A DNA stretch of 64,000 bases from Candidatus Gottesmanbacteria bacterium RIFCSPLOWO2_01_FULL_43_11b (lineage in GTDB: Bacteria; Patescibacteriota; Microgenomatia; UBA10105; UBA927), in assembly GCA_001780985.1 (NCBI GenBank), contig MFJV01000001.1:517099-581098 (forward strand), written 5' to 3'. Position numbers and translations under genes: made by a program. Of the stretch, positions 37,253 to 48,262 are shown in pieces. The notes under the pieces are model-generated. The model worked only from the letters and a program-made list of their open reading frames with translations, did not search any database and was not told where the DNA came from. Position 1 is the stretch's first letter. Each line of letters begins with the position of its first letter.

Positions 37253-39338
37253 GAATTGGAGTACAGTGACCGGAGGAGGGTTCGGTTCCTCTGATAAAAT
37301 ATTCCGCTCTTCCGTAGTAGCAGGGAATGCTTACAATTGTTTCCGGCATTGGGAATGGTTCATCTGACTTGTCTTTTAAAAGATTTATCATAATATCATG
37401 CCAAATAGGAGCTGCTCCGGTAACTCCAGATGTTAAGGTCGGATGCATGGGGGAGTTATCGTTATTTCCCACCCACACAGTAACCACAGAGGAAGGGGTA
37501 TACCCAATAGTCCAATTATCCCGTTTGTCGTTGCTCGTTCCTGTTTTGACCGCAACGGTTTTGCCTGGAATTTGAAGAAGCGAGTTTGTACCGAACGCCG
37601 AAGTCCGCGCCTGGTTATCACTTAAAATATTGGTAAGAATCCAGGCAACGTCAGTTTTAACGGCGGATAAAGTTTTTTGAGAATGATTTCGTTCAAGCAC
37701 TCTGCCGGTGTAGTCGGTAATTTCAAGAATTGGTTGGAGATCAACACGGTTTCCAAGGTTGGCAAGCGTTCCGAATACCTCTGCCATATCGAGCATTGTT
37801 ACCTCACCGCCGCCGAGTGTTAAAGCAAGGCCATAGCGGTTTTCATCCTGCCATGAATCAATTCCCATCATTCGTCCTTTTTCGATCATTTTGGAAACAC
37901 CGATTTTAGCGAGTGTTTTGACCGCCGGGACATTGTATGAATTTCCCAAAGCGTAGCGGAGCGGAATCGTACCGTGAAACCGACCGTCATAATTAACCGG
38001 CGCGTAGGTGGGACTGCCGGGTGTAGTGTATGAAACCGGACTGTCGGTGATAAGTGTTGCCGCGGAAAAACCGGACTCGAGCGCTGCTGCATAGTTGACT
38101 ACTTTAATTGCGCTTCCTGGTTGTTGAAGGCTCGTTGTCACATTGACGTTCCCCTGCTTTTCCATATCAAAATAATCTCGGCTGCCGACCATTGCTAAAA
38201 TTTCACCGTTTTTTGGATTTGTTATCAGGGCTGCACCATTACCAACAGCGAGTCCTGAAAGCGAGTCAATGTGTGTTTGTACAACTATTTCGGCCATTTC
38301 CTGCAGTCCACTATCGAGAGTCGTTTTGACCCGAAGTCCACCGCGTTGGACGAGTCGGGAACCATAGCGGGCCTCGAGCATTTCCTTGATGTACATGACA
38401 AAATGCGGTGCGCGTATTCCATTGTGCGGAGGCAGAATGTGAATTTGAGTGGCAAGTGCAATACCCGCTTCTTCATCGCTCACATACCCATCCTCAACCA
38501 TCCTGCGCAAAACTTCCCGTTGGCGATGCATTGCGCTTTCGAATCCGGCGCTATAGGGTGAATAGGTCGTTGGTGCTGCAGGAAGTCCTGCAAGAAGCGC
38601 TGCTTCTGCGAGATTTACGTCACTTACTGATTTACCAAGATACATTTGTGCGGCTGCCTCAATTCCCCAGGAGGTTCCCCCGTAGGGAACTTGATTTAAG
38701 TACATTTCAAGGATTTGTTCTTTGGTGTAGAGTCGCTCAGCCCAGAACGCAAGGAGCATCTCTTTTATTTTTCGAGAGACAGTTACTTCTGGAGTGAGCA
38801 ATGCTGATTTAATGAGTTGTTGGGTAATGGTGGATCCTCCCTGAATGTTTTTATTGAGCACTATTTCTTTGATTGCGCGGAGGATTCCCCGGAGAGAGAT
38901 ACCGTTATGGAGGTAAAAATCTTTGTCTTCTATGGCAATGGTTGCGTTCTGAATAGAGAGGGGAATGTCGGAAAGCGACATAGGGGTTCGGTTTTGGTCA
39001 GAGTAAATTTCATAAAGAAGTACCCCGTTTCGATCGAAAATTTTTGTTGCGACAGAGATATCACGTTTCGTAAGAAGTGTGGGGTTAGGCAATGTTCGTA
39101 ACCACCACCAGGAACTGTAGGGAATAAAAAGAAAAATGAAGCAGAAAAGCACCCCTATTAGGAACCACCGTGTTTTGTCTGATGGAGGAAGAGGGCGAGG
39201 GTAGATTCGGACAAAGCGCTTTCTTTTCCATTTGGGAAATTTTGGCAGTCGGAGTTTTTTTAATACATACAGTACTCCATCACCTATGGCAACGAGGATG
39301 AGCGGGACGAACATTAAAACTTCGCCCAACAACTTCAT
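37212..39338 (-). CDS. class A penicillin-binding protein (PBP1A family)
   Basis: IEDKDFY.H.G, QGGSTITQQ, QPGSAIK, SYN, KTGT. Confidence 0.96.
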   Translation of the reverse strand: MKLLGEVLMFVPLILVAIGDGVLYVLKKLRLPKFPKWKRKRFVRIYPRPLPPSDKTRWFLIGVLFCFIFLFIPYSSWWWLRTLPNPTLLTKRDISVATKIFDRNGVLLYEIYSDQNRTPMSLSDIPLSIQNATIAIEDKDFYLHNGISLRGILRAIKEIVLNKNIQGGSTITQQLIKSALLTPEVTVSRKIKEMLLAFWAERLYTKEQILEMYLNQVPYGGTSWGIEAAAQMYLGKSVSDVNLAEAALLAGLPAAPTTYSPYSAGFESAMHRQREVLRRMVEDGYVSDEEAGIALATQIHILPPHNGIRAPHFVMYIKEMLEARYGSRLVQRGGLRVKTTLDSGLQEMAEIVVQTHIDSLSGLAVGNGAALITNPKNGEILAMVGSRDYFDMEKQGNVNVTTSLQQPGSAIKVVNYAAALESGFSAATLITDSPVSYTTPGSPTYAPVNYDGRFHGTIPLRYALGNSYNVPAVKTLAKIGVSKMIEKGRMMGIDSWQDENRYGLALTLGGGEVTMLDMAEVFGTLANLGNRVDLQPILEITDYTGRVLERNHSQKTLSAVKTDVAWILTNILSDNQARTSAFGTNSLLQIPGKTVAVKTGTSNDKRDNWTIGYTPSSVVTVWVGNNDNSPMHPTLTSGVTGAAPIWHDIMINLLKDKSDEPFPMPETIVSIPCYYGRAEYFIRGTEPSSGHCTPIPTPSLRPSPYPSP

Positions 39339-39734
39339 TGGTTTAGAATATTGACTACTGCGATGGCAGGGGAATAAATGCGTGCTAGTTATAGCATGAG
39401 TTAGCTTCGGTCACAAGAGGAGAGAAGAGGATTAAACGCCGCCTTGGCGCATTTGTTGTAGGGCAGAATCAGCTTGTTTTCTAATTTGTGTCATTTGATA
39501 AAGAATATCGTGAACCTTAAGCCGTTCCTCTTGAGCCTCATTTTTATATTTTGATGCAAGTGCTTCGTTTCTTTGAAAGTGCAGATGGGCAGCTATTGAG
39601 GTTGCAACGCTTGCTCGATTAGCTGCTTTTTTAGCGTCTTGAGGAAGAGATAGGTTAAGACCACCTCAACGCCTTTTATAATTTACTTAATGAGTATTGA
39701 TTTTTCTTCGGGGTGGGGGCAGTCGAGGCACCAA

Positions 39735-40064
39735 CTACACGATCGTTTTGCCGTATCTTCGGATTTCAGCAGCCAGCGGATCCCACTTGTCAGTAAGGTC
39801 TTTTGGGTTATATGGGTGGGGCTCTATCATTGTGTTGACTGAGATTGTTAATTTTGCTAAACGAACCATTTCCGAAAAAGGTTTTTTGCCAAATTTTGGA
39901 GAAACAACGCATACGTCAATATCACTCCACGGTTTGGCTGTTCCTCTTGCATAGGAACCAAAGAGAATCATTCGTTTGACCGGAATACCATTGTCAGTTA
40001 AGACCGTTTTGTAACGCCGGATGAGATTTTCCGGTGTGTCGTTTAATAGAGTTTTTGTATCCAT
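39735..40064 (-). CDS. minimal nucleotidyltransferase (MNT) antitoxin
   Basis: LFGSYARG...SDID. Confidence 0.92.
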   Translation of the reverse strand: MDTKTLLNDTPENLIRRYKTVLTDNGIPVKRMILFGSYARGTAKPWSDIDVCVVSPKFGKKPFSEMVRLAKLTISVNTMIEPHPYNPKDLTDKWDPLAAEIRRYGKTIV

Positions 40065-40429
40065 ACAAAATATTCCTCAATGATTTTAACCCATTTTTCG
40101 GCATACGATTCGGTCGCTTCTTTATAAAATTCATATTTTACATCGTCATAGCGAGCTACAATATGAAAGCGTGTGATTGTAGTTAAATTAGCTGTTTTAT
40201 TTGTATCAAAAGAGAGCCTCGCGGCTTTTGCCAGCTGTACGAGGTTATGGACTGGCGGAGGAAGTTTTCCTGTCCTTTTCACAACTAATCCTTTAAGAAG
40301 TTTTTCCAATGCCAACTGTCCCATAAATAGAGCCCAGTCGTAGTGGCCCAGTTTCATCATATCGCGAGCGACGTCAAAATTTTTTCTCCCGCTTTCTTTC
40401 CACCGTTTTATGACATCAATCTTTGTCAT
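40043..40429 (-). CDS. HEPN domain protein of an HEPN-MNT pair
   Basis: YDWALF..QLALEKLLK, HNLVQL, ARY. Confidence 0.9.
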   Translation of the reverse strand: MTKIDVIKRWKESGRKNFDVARDMMKLGHYDWALFMGQLALEKLLKGLVVKRTGKLPPPVHNLVQLAKAARLSFDTNKTANLTTITRFHIVARYDDVKYEFYKEATESYAEKWVKIIEEYFVWIQKLY

Positions 40430-40499
40430 AACGCAATTGTAGCACACTAAATTTTGTCTTTCTACCGCCCCACTTGCATTTTAGAGAATAGAGTAAAAG

Positions 40500-42677
40500 T
40501 TACTTTATAAGAATCGGTTTGGTTTCGTCGTGGACACAATCAAGGCACCAGGTGGTGCCGAGGGCATCGCGGACAACTTGGTGTTCTTGAATCTCAACAT
40601 TGGCGTCGGGTTTATTCGGTTCCACGATATCACTGGTGTCTTTATCGATGATGACCTGCTGTTTTATGTTTTCTACCTCCGCAGGAACGGTTCCTTTAAT
40701 AAAAAATTCTGTACGTACTGCACATTGTCCTTCACCGGCAGGCAAGAGTCCTGATAATTCGCAAATTTGAGCGTTCACAATATTCTCGGGTTGTTTCGGC
40801 CAGATATCCGCTTTTCCTTCCAGGACTTTGTGCATAAGTTTATTCCATATTGGAGCAGCCCCGGTGATACCGGAGACAAGCGCTTGGTTCATGGGTGTGT
40901 TGTCGTTATTACCCACCCAGGTGACGGTAAGGTATTGCGGGGTATAGCCGACAGTCCAGTTGTCCCGGAGGTCATCGGTTGTTCCGGTTTTTACTGATAC
41001 AGCGTGGCCCGGGATAACGAGTGATGAACCTGATCCGAATGCAGCAGATCGAGCATTGTTATCAAGGAGGATATGAGACATGAGAAATGCAGTTTCTGTT
41101 GAAACTACCCGCTCTCCAGTGAGAAGCAATTGGGAAGGGACGTCTTTATCAAGATTAGGATCTTTATATTCGTCTAAGATTTTTCCGTCTTTATCAATAA
41201 CTTTCAAAATTGCAACAAGATCATGGCGAATACCTGCATTCGCAAAAACAGAAAATGCTTCTGCCATATCAGTCATACGAACTTCACCGCCTCCAAGTGT
41301 TAACGAAAGTCCATAACGAGCCGGATCGGTAATCGTATCGAGCCCGAATGCTGAGGCTGAGGCAACCATCGTGTGGACAGAGTTAAGGTAGAGCATTTTG
41401 ACCGCGGGAATGTTATACGAATTGCCTAGAGCAAAACGGGCTTGGACAGGACCATGAAATTTTCCATCGTAATTTTTTGGGCAGTAAGCAGGTTGATTGA
41501 TATTTGCAAAGCAACTGGGAATATCCAGAAACATGGTCGCCAGCGTAATCTCACGGTTTTCAATTCCGATTGCGTAATTAATTGGTTTAATGGATGAGCC
41601 GGGCTGTCGGAGACCGGTCGTTACATTAAAGCTTCCTGATGGACTTGCGAAGTAATCCGTAGAGCCAACCATTGCTAAAATTTCTCCTGTTGCCGGTTTG
41701 GTAATAAGCGCAGCTCCATTTGTTACGCGTAAACTCATGAGTTTTTCAACTTCTGCAGAAACCGTTGTCTGTGCATACTCCTGGAGATCAAGATCGAGGG
41801 TTGTTGTAACCTTAAGTCCACCACGTTCAACTAGCGCTTCTCCAAATTGATCCACCAGGAGTTGTTTAACATACATGACAAAATGCGGTGCTTTAATTCC
41901 CGTTTCTTGCTTAAAGGTAAATTCTTGCTTTGATGCGTTGTCAGCCTCTTCTTGTGTAATATACCCATCCTCCACCATGCGTCGTAAAACTTCTTGTTGT
42001 CGAGTTTTAGATAGTTCTGGATAGGCCCCATATGGAGAATAAAGTGTTGGTGCTTGCGGGAGACCGGCAAGAAGTGCTGCTTCGGCAAGCGTCAGTTCAC
42101 CGACTGATTTGTCAAAATATTTTTCCGATGCTGTTTCAATACCCCAGGCAGTACCGCCATAGGGGACTTGATTTAGGTAGAGCTCAAGAATTTTATTTTT
42201 TGGGTAGAGCATTTCTACCCAGAAGGCGAGAATTATTTCCTTAATTTTTCGTGTGACCGTTCTTTCCGGAGTAAGGAGAGCGGATTTAACAAGTTGTTGG
42301 GTGATAGTCGATCCTCCCTGGAGCCGCTTACCGGTAATTGTTGCATAGAGCGCCCGAAGCATCCCACCAATGGGGTTAATTCCGCCATGCCTGTAGAAAT
42401 CCTTGTCTTCTATGGCGATTGTTGCCTGCTGTACGTAGTCGGGGATATCAGAGAGAGCCACCGGCGTTCTGTTTTCTTCAGCAAAAATATCAAATAAGAG
42501 ATTTCCATTACGGTCATAAATTTTAGTTGAAAGCGGAATATCGTACGCACCGAGTTTTGTGGGAGATGGGAGATCTTTCAAGATAAGAAGATATGAAAAG
42601 AGAACAAGGGCAATCGGCAGGAGCCAAAATAAATACGGCAACCGCTTCCTCCACTTTTTTAGTATAGTAATTCGCAT
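40500..42677 (-). CDS. class A penicillin-binding protein (PBP1A family)
   Basis: IEDKDFYRH, QGGSTITQQ, RQPGSSIK, SYN, KTGT. Confidence 0.96.
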   Translation of the reverse strand: MRITILKKWRKRLPYLFWLLPIALVLFSYLLILKDLPSPTKLGAYDIPLSTKIYDRNGNLLFDIFAEENRTPVALSDIPDYVQQATIAIEDKDFYRHGGINPIGGMLRALYATITGKRLQGGSTITQQLVKSALLTPERTVTRKIKEIILAFWVEMLYPKNKILELYLNQVPYGGTAWGIETASEKYFDKSVGELTLAEAALLAGLPQAPTLYSPYGAYPELSKTRQQEVLRRMVEDGYITQEEADNASKQEFTFKQETGIKAPHFVMYVKQLLVDQFGEALVERGGLKVTTTLDLDLQEYAQTTVSAEVEKLMSLRVTNGAALITKPATGEILAMVGSTDYFASPSGSFNVTTGLRQPGSSIKPINYAIGIENREITLATMFLDIPSCFANINQPAYCPKNYDGKFHGPVQARFALGNSYNIPAVKMLYLNSVHTMVASASAFGLDTITDPARYGLSLTLGGGEVRMTDMAEAFSVFANAGIRHDLVAILKVIDKDGKILDEYKDPNLDKDVPSQLLLTGERVVSTETAFLMSHILLDNNARSAAFGSGSSLVIPGHAVSVKTGTTDDLRDNWTVGYTPQYLTVTWVGNNDNTPMNQALVSGITGAAPIWNKLMHKVLEGKADIWPKQPENIVNAQICELSGLLPAGEGQCAVRTEFFIKGTVPAEVENIKQQVIIDKDTSDIVEPNKPDANVEIQEHQVVRDALGTTWCLDCVHDETKPILIK

Positions 42678-42700
42678 GAGTGTATTATATAATACTTTCT

Positions 42701-43303
42701 ATGTTTTCCCTTCCCGGCCTTCCTTATCCATATAACGCACTGGAACCATACATTGATGAAAAAACCATGCAGATTCACCACGACAAGCATCACGGGGCCT
42801 ACGTCAAAAACCTCAACGACGCACTTGCTGGAAATGACGCTCTTCTTGCAATACCCATCGAAAACATTTTGAAGAATCTAAATCAGGTGCCGGAAGCAGT
42901 TCGCACCAAAGTGAGAAATAACGGCGGCGGACATGCAAATCACAGTCTATTTTGGCAAATTATGGCTCCTAAAACTGGAGGAGCGCCAAGTGGAGAAATC
43001 GCAAAAGTGATTGATCGTGATTTTGGAAATTTTGCTGCATTTGTGGAGAAATTTTCATCTGCCGGCATGGGTCGATTCGGAAGCGGATGGGTGTGGCTAA
43101 TCAATGATGCGGGGAAACTTTCAATAGTTGATACTCCTAATCAAGATACCCCCTTGATGGAAAATAAAGTTCCCATTTTAGGTCTCGATGTATGGGAGCA
43201 TGCGTATTACTTAAAATACCAAAATCTCCGCGCTGATTACATTAAAGCGTGGTGGAATGTGGTTAATTGGCAGGAAGTAGTTAAACGTTTTGCCTCTGTA
43301 TAA
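42701..43303 (+). CDS. sodA: Mn/Fe superoxide dismutase
   Basis: HHDKHH, NGGGHANH, FGSGW, DVWEHAYY. Confidence 0.95.
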   Translation: MFSLPGLPYPYNALEPYIDEKTMQIHHDKHHGAYVKNLNDALAGNDALLAIPIENILKNLNQVPEAVRTKVRNNGGGHANHSLFWQIMAPKTGGAPSGEIAKVIDRDFGNFAAFVEKFSSAGMGRFGSGWVWLINDAGKLSIVDTPNQDTPLMENKVPILGLDVWEHAYYLKYQNLRADYIKAWWNVVNWQEVVKRFASV

Positions 43304-43309
43304 TTTTTC

Positions 43310-44047
43310 ATGAAGATCGCCGATCCTCTGGCTCTCAAGGCTAAACTCCCCAAATCTATTATCGTCTTCGCTGCTAGTCAACTCAACGGAGATCGGGAAA
43401 CACAGGAAGATTTTTTTGAGAATTACAATGACGAATGTTTCGTCCTTGCAGACGGAGTCGGAGGTATTCCAAACGGAGAAATTGCTGCAAAAATTGCAGT
43501 CGAAACAGCAATCTGGGGTTATAAACTCATTCGTCAGCGTTCCTTTTATTGGCAGGATAAAAAACTATTCATGAAACGCATTTTTCGGTCAACCAACATT
43601 GCTCTTTGGCAAAAAAAGAGAGAAACGGGATTTGAGGAGGGGTTAGCAACAACACTCGAAGTACTTGTTGTTGGGGACCGGATTTTTTGGCTGGGTCATG
43701 TAGGAGATAGCAGTAGCTGGTTATTGCATAACGATACGTTTACAAAATTGACAATTGATGATGCTGATACGCATGGATACCTGACAAAAGTAGTTGGCAC
43801 AAAGCGCTATGGTCTCATTCCGCAGTATATAACAGGACTTTTTTTGCCCGGAGACACAATGGTTATAGTTTCAGACGGAGTGACGTCTGCTCTTGATAAA
43901 GAATCGATAAAAAAAATCATTCGTGATAGCGGAAATACAACAGAGTCCATCACAAAAACCGTGCTTGAGCTCCTCAAAAAAGCAGAAGATCAGGGGGGGA
44001 CAGACAATATGACAGCAATTATAGTTAAGCGCATCGCTACCAGGTAG
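43310..44047 (+). CDS. PP2C-type protein phosphatase
   Basis: QED, LADGVGG, HVGDS, SDG, DNMT. Confidence 0.9.
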   Translation: MKIADPLALKAKLPKSIIVFAASQLNGDRETQEDFFENYNDECFVLADGVGGIPNGEIAAKIAVETAIWGYKLIRQRSFYWQDKKLFMKRIFRSTNIALWQKKRETGFEEGLATTLEVLVVGDRIFWLGHVGDSSSWLLHNDTFTKLTIDDADTHGYLTKVVGTKRYGLIPQYITGLFLPGDTMVIVSDGVTSALDKESIKKIIRDSGNTTESITKTVLELLKKAEDQGGTDNMTAIIVKRIATR

Positions 44048-44062
44048 TATATACTAATATAT

Positions 44063-45547
44063 ATGCCTGCCGAATTTTTTGGATCACTTTCCAATCATAA
44101 AACTCCTCCGACGTATAAATTTTTTAACGGAAATGAGTGGGTGGAAAGTAAGAGTAAAAAAACAACAGACGTTATTTCTCCGATAGATAATCATGTTGTC
44201 GGTAAGCTTCAGGTCGTGACAACAAAAGAAATTGATGAAGTAATCGAAAAAGCAAAGCGAGCACAACGCCAATGGGAAGCAACGCCCCTCAATCAGCGGA
44301 TAAAAATCATGCATCTCGTTGCAGATTGGATTCGGCATTTTGAGCAGTATCTTACCTCGCTCCTTACTGCCGAAATTGGCAAAACACATGATGAGGCAAA
44401 AGGGGAAATTGTACGGACTGCAGATCTTATTGATTACTTTGCCGACGAAGCCCAATCCTTAAAAGGAGAAACGCTCGATAGCGACAATTTTCCGGGATTT
44501 GAAAAAGGAAGAATTGCGATGATAGAGCGGGTAGCGTATGGAGTAGTTTTAGCAATTGCACCGTTTAATTATCCAGTTAATTTATCCGCAAGTAAAATTG
44601 CGCCAGCGTTACTTATGGGCAACAGCGTTGTCTTCAAACCTCCAACTCAAGGGGGGATAGCAGGAATTCATTTGGCACGGATTTTTGAAAAATCCGGAAT
44701 TCCGGACGGAATATTTTCCTGTGTGACCGGAGGAGGCAGCGACGTCGGGAATTATCTTGTCTCACATGATGACATTGATTTGGTGACATTCACCGGTAGT
44801 TCCGACACAGGAGTGGCGATTGCGGCAAAAGCAAAAATGGTGCCGCTTGTTTTTGAGTGCGGCGGCAATAATCCTGCAGTTATTTTGCCTGACGCAGACT
44901 TACACCTTGCTGCACGGGAAATTGTCAAAGGGGGATTTTCATACGCCGGGCAACGATGTACCGCAATTAAGTATGTGTTGGGAACGAAAAAAATTCTTGA
45001 CCAACTCCGCCCCATTATTTTGGAAACACTCAAAGACATGGTTAAACCAGGCGACCCGAGAAGTCCGGAAACAAAACTCGTCGGGCCGGTAATTTCAGAA
45101 TCAGCGGCAATTCATATAGAAGAGGTAATACAAGAAGCGGTCAAAGACGGAGCAAAAATTCTAACCGGCAGAAAAAGAAAAGGATCATTGATCGAACCAA
45201 CGATTCTTACGAGTGTAAAACCAGAAATGGCCGTTGTTAAAAAAGAACTTTTTGGGCCGATTGTCTCATTAATAGAGATTAAATCTATGGATGAGGCGAT
45301 TACTATCATTAATAATTCTTCCTATGGTCTCCAAGCATCTGTGTTTTCCCGCGATGAAGGGTCAGCGCTCAACTTCGCAAAATATCTCAAAGTCGGAACC
45401 GTGCAGATTAATGGTTCTCCCCAGCGCGGTCCTGATCACTTTCCGTTTTTGGGAGTCAAAAAATCCGGTGTCGGTGTCCAAGGTGTACGCTACAGCCTAG
45501 AGTCCATGTCCCGCCTGCGACCAATAGTTTTGAATAAACCCCAATAA
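44063..45547 (+). CDS. gapN: non-phosphorylating NADP-dependent glyceraldehyde-3-phosphate dehydrogenase
   Basis: PFNYPVNL, KPPTQG, FTGS, GQRCTA, RGPDHFPF.G.K.SG. Confidence 0.88.
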   Translation: MPAEFFGSLSNHKTPPTYKFFNGNEWVESKSKKTTDVISPIDNHVVGKLQVVTTKEIDEVIEKAKRAQRQWEATPLNQRIKIMHLVADWIRHFEQYLTSLLTAEIGKTHDEAKGEIVRTADLIDYFADEAQSLKGETLDSDNFPGFEKGRIAMIERVAYGVVLAIAPFNYPVNLSASKIAPALLMGNSVVFKPPTQGGIAGIHLARIFEKSGIPDGIFSCVTGGGSDVGNYLVSHDDIDLVTFTGSSDTGVAIAAKAKMVPLVFECGGNNPAVILPDADLHLAAREIVKGGFSYAGQRCTAIKYVLGTKKILDQLRPIILETLKDMVKPGDPRSPETKLVGPVISESAAIHIEEVIQEAVKDGAKILTGRKRKGSLIEPTILTSVKPEMAVVKKELFGPIVSLIEIKSMDEAITIINNSSYGLQASVFSRDEGSALNFAKYLKVGTVQINGSPQRGPDHFPFLGVKKSGVGVQGVRYSLESMSRLRPIVLNKPQ

Positions 45548-45572
45548 TCGTATATGATGCGAGCGTAGCAAT

Positions 45573-46880
45573 ATGGATGAAGGGCTGTTTGCATTATCTC
45601 CCTACGACGGTAGGTATCGAAGTATTGGGCAAGAACTTGCACCGTGGTTTTCTGAAGCAGGAATTATTAAAACCCGTATTGCTCTTGAACTATCTTACTT
45701 GACGTTACTTTCTCGTAAAAAAATAATTCGACCGTTCACTCGAATCGAAACCTCCTTCATAAAAAAATTTAATCCCGGGGCTTCTCAAATAAAAGAGATT
45801 GAAAAACGAACGCATCATGATGTCCAGGCGGCTGTTGTCTACCTCCAAACCATTCTTTCCAAATCAAGTCTTGCCGATATTTCCGATTTTGTTCATTTTG
45901 GTTTGACCAGTGAAGATATAAACAATATTACGTGGCGCACCAGCTTGATGAAAGCAAGAGAGAGCGTGCTCATTCCCTCACTGGAAAAACTGGTTGGTGT
46001 TTTTGGAGAACTTGCAAAGAAATATAAGAGCTTAGTTATGCTCGGACGAACTCATGGCCAACCAGCTGTTCCTACAACCTTCGGAAAAGAAATGATCAAT
46101 GTTGCCATACGTCTCCATGGACAAAAAAACAAACTCATCCACTTTCAATTTCAAGGAAAACTTAATGGCGCAGTAGGAAACTTTCATTCGATCGACCGAA
46201 TCGTAAGTGACACCTTCATTACAACACTTGGATTTTTGCCGCATCACTTTACCACGCAGGTGAATCCGAATGATGACGTGATTGAATATCTGCAGATTAT
46301 AGAAAGGATTAATAATATACTCCATGGATTTTCACAAGACATGTGGCGATATATCAGCGACGAGTGGGTTTTGCAAAAACCTCTGGGTGTCGGTTCTTCA
46401 ACAATGCCGCAAAAAATTAACCCCATTGATTTTGAACATAGCGAGGGAGCAACAGAGATTGCAAACGGACTTATCGGCGTTCTCGTGGAGCGCTTAGGGG
46501 AGTCTCGATTGCAAAGAGATTTATCTGATACTCCACTTTTTCGATTTTTAGGCGAGATTCATGCGGCAACAATTGATGCGCTCGGAAGAACTACAAGTGG
46601 CTTAGGGAGAATTGAACCAAACAAAAAAGTAATGCAGGAAATGTTAGAAAAAAACTGGGCAATTTTAGCAGAACCCCTCCAGTTACTTTTGAAAAAATCA
46701 CATAAGAAAGACGCATACGAAAAGGTAAAAAAATTAACCCAGGGAAAAACATTCACAAGAAAAAGTTGGGAGGAAATGGTTTATTCAATTGTTGGAAAGC
46801 ACGAGCCATTAACCCCGAGTACGTACATCGGGTTATCACGAGAATTAACAGAAGAAGGGTTGCGACTTATACAAAAATGA
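45573..46880 (+). CDS. purB: adenylosuccinate lyase
   Basis: SPYDGRY, HFGLTSED, RTHGQPA, GSSTMPQKINPIDFE, SRLQRDL. Confidence 0.95.
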   Translation: MDEGLFALSPYDGRYRSIGQELAPWFSEAGIIKTRIALELSYLTLLSRKKIIRPFTRIETSFIKKFNPGASQIKEIEKRTHHDVQAAVVYLQTILSKSSLADISDFVHFGLTSEDINNITWRTSLMKARESVLIPSLEKLVGVFGELAKKYKSLVMLGRTHGQPAVPTTFGKEMINVAIRLHGQKNKLIHFQFQGKLNGAVGNFHSIDRIVSDTFITTLGFLPHHFTTQVNPNDDVIEYLQIIERINNILHGFSQDMWRYISDEWVLQKPLGVGSSTMPQKINPIDFEHSEGATEIANGLIGVLVERLGESRLQRDLSDTPLFRFLGEIHAATIDALGRTTSGLGRIEPNKKVMQEMLEKNWAILAEPLQLLLKKSHKKDAYEKVKKLTQGKTFTRKSWEEMVYSIVGKHEPLTPSTYIGLSRELTEEGLRLIQK

Positions 46881-48262
46881 AACCGCGTCCGCATAGTGCT
46901 TGTGTAGTTGGCATCGCCTTGGGTGATGAGGGAAAAGGTAGAGTGATTGACAATCTTCTCGGGTTACTTCTAAAAACTCGCGGAATTTCTGGGGTAACCG
47001 TTGTTCGATTTCAAGGGGGGAGTAATTCCGGACACACGGTTGAAGCAAATGGAATTCGGCTTGCGTTGCACCAAGTCCCAAGCGGTATTCTCAATAAAAA
47101 GTCAACATGCATTATGGATCGCGGGATGAGTATCAATCCCGCTGATCTCGTCGATGAAATCCGCCTTATTGAAGAACGCATCGGAAACGTTCAGGGTAGA
47201 CTTTTTTTATCAAATGACGCTGTTCTCAATACTGATTTAGATCGGGCAGAGGAATTTGTGAACCGCATACGCACGGGGGGCGCTCGTGGCGGAACCGGCC
47301 GCGGCATAGGTCCATCCTATGCACATCATTATGATCGACTGGGATTTCATATATCAGATCTGTTAGATAGCGAATGGAAAAAAACTTTAAAAAAACAATA
47401 TGAACGATATAGAAAAGAGTTTCATTTGTATGGATTAAAACTTGCACGCATTGAAGTACCTGATTTTCTTAAAACAAAAAAAACAGGGAAGGAACACAAA
47501 CGCTCGGTTGGCACACAGGATGAATTTTTAAGGCGCCTCGGTCGGGCACGGAACGCACTTATCAAACGAAAGATGGTCGTTAATACATTTCGTCTGCATG
47601 AGAAAATTTTTCAAAAAAAATCAGAAGCGGTTCTTTTTGAGGGAGCACAGGCGCTTGGACTTCACCCGTGGTTGGGGACACTCCCAGATATTACAGCATC
47701 AGATACCTCTTCCTATGGAATTCATACAGGCACGGCATTTTGGAAAGTTGAAGATATTGAAAAACGGATAGGGATATTTAAGATTCCATATACGTCAAGT
47801 GTCGGCGTACGACGGATGCCGACACATGCTGACGATGCGTGGTCGAAGCGCGTACGAGAGAAAGCGCATGAGTATGGTACAACAACCGGAAGGCCAAGGG
47901 ATATTTTATTTCTCGATATCCCTATGCTTTCCTATAACATACGGATGTCCGGTGTAAACATGCTCATTGGGACCCATCTCGATATTTCGTGGGAGGATAT
48001 GCCGATAAAAATTTGTACACACTACACAGATAGAAAAGGAAAACGAGTAGCATACCAACCGGGACTGCAGCACCTAAAAGACGTCATTCCTCACTACATA
48101 ACAATGGCCGGATGGGATGGGGAAAAGGTGCGACAGGCAAAAACATTTCAAGCGTTACCGATAGGAGCAAAAAGGTTTCTAAGATTTCTAGAACGTCAGT
48201 TTGGTATTCCCATCATTGCCGTGACGACTGGACCAACGCGGGAACATTATATTGATATTTAA
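46877..48262 (+). CDS. purA: adenylosuccinate synthetase
   Basis: GDEGKG, RFQGG.NSGHT, GTGRGIGP.Y, FEGAQ, EYGTTTGRPR. Confidence 0.95.
   Translation: MKPRPHSACVVGIALGDEGKGRVIDNLLGLLLKTRGISGVTVVRFQGGSNSGHTVEANGIRLALHQVPSGILNKKSTCIMDRGMSINPADLVDEIRLIEERIGNVQGRLFLSNDAVLNTDLDRAEEFVNRIRTGGARGGTGRGIGPSYAHHYDRLGFHISDLLDSEWKKTLKKQYERYRKEFHLYGLKLARIEVPDFLKTKKTGKEHKRSVGTQDEFLRRLGRARNALIKRKMVVNTFRLHEKIFQKKSEAVLFEGAQALGLHPWLGTLPDITASDTSSYGIHTGTAFWKVEDIEKRIGIFKIPYTSSVGVRRMPTHADDAWSKRVREKAHEYGTTTGRPRDILFLDIPMLSYNIRMSGVNMLIGTHLDISWEDMPIKICTHYTDRKGKRVAYQPGLQHLKDVIPHYITMAGWDGEKVRQAKTFQALPIGAKRFLRFLERQFGIPIIAVTTGPTREHYIDI

Noticed and set aside
40730-40750. CCGGCAGGCA resembling a CPR palindromic repeat inside a PBP gene
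   Set aside because: Partial match explained by codons for LLPAGE
46877-48262. Possible PurZ (Z-genome enzyme)
   Set aside because: Catalytic Asp in GDEGKG is retained and the context is purB/guaA, so ordinary PurA
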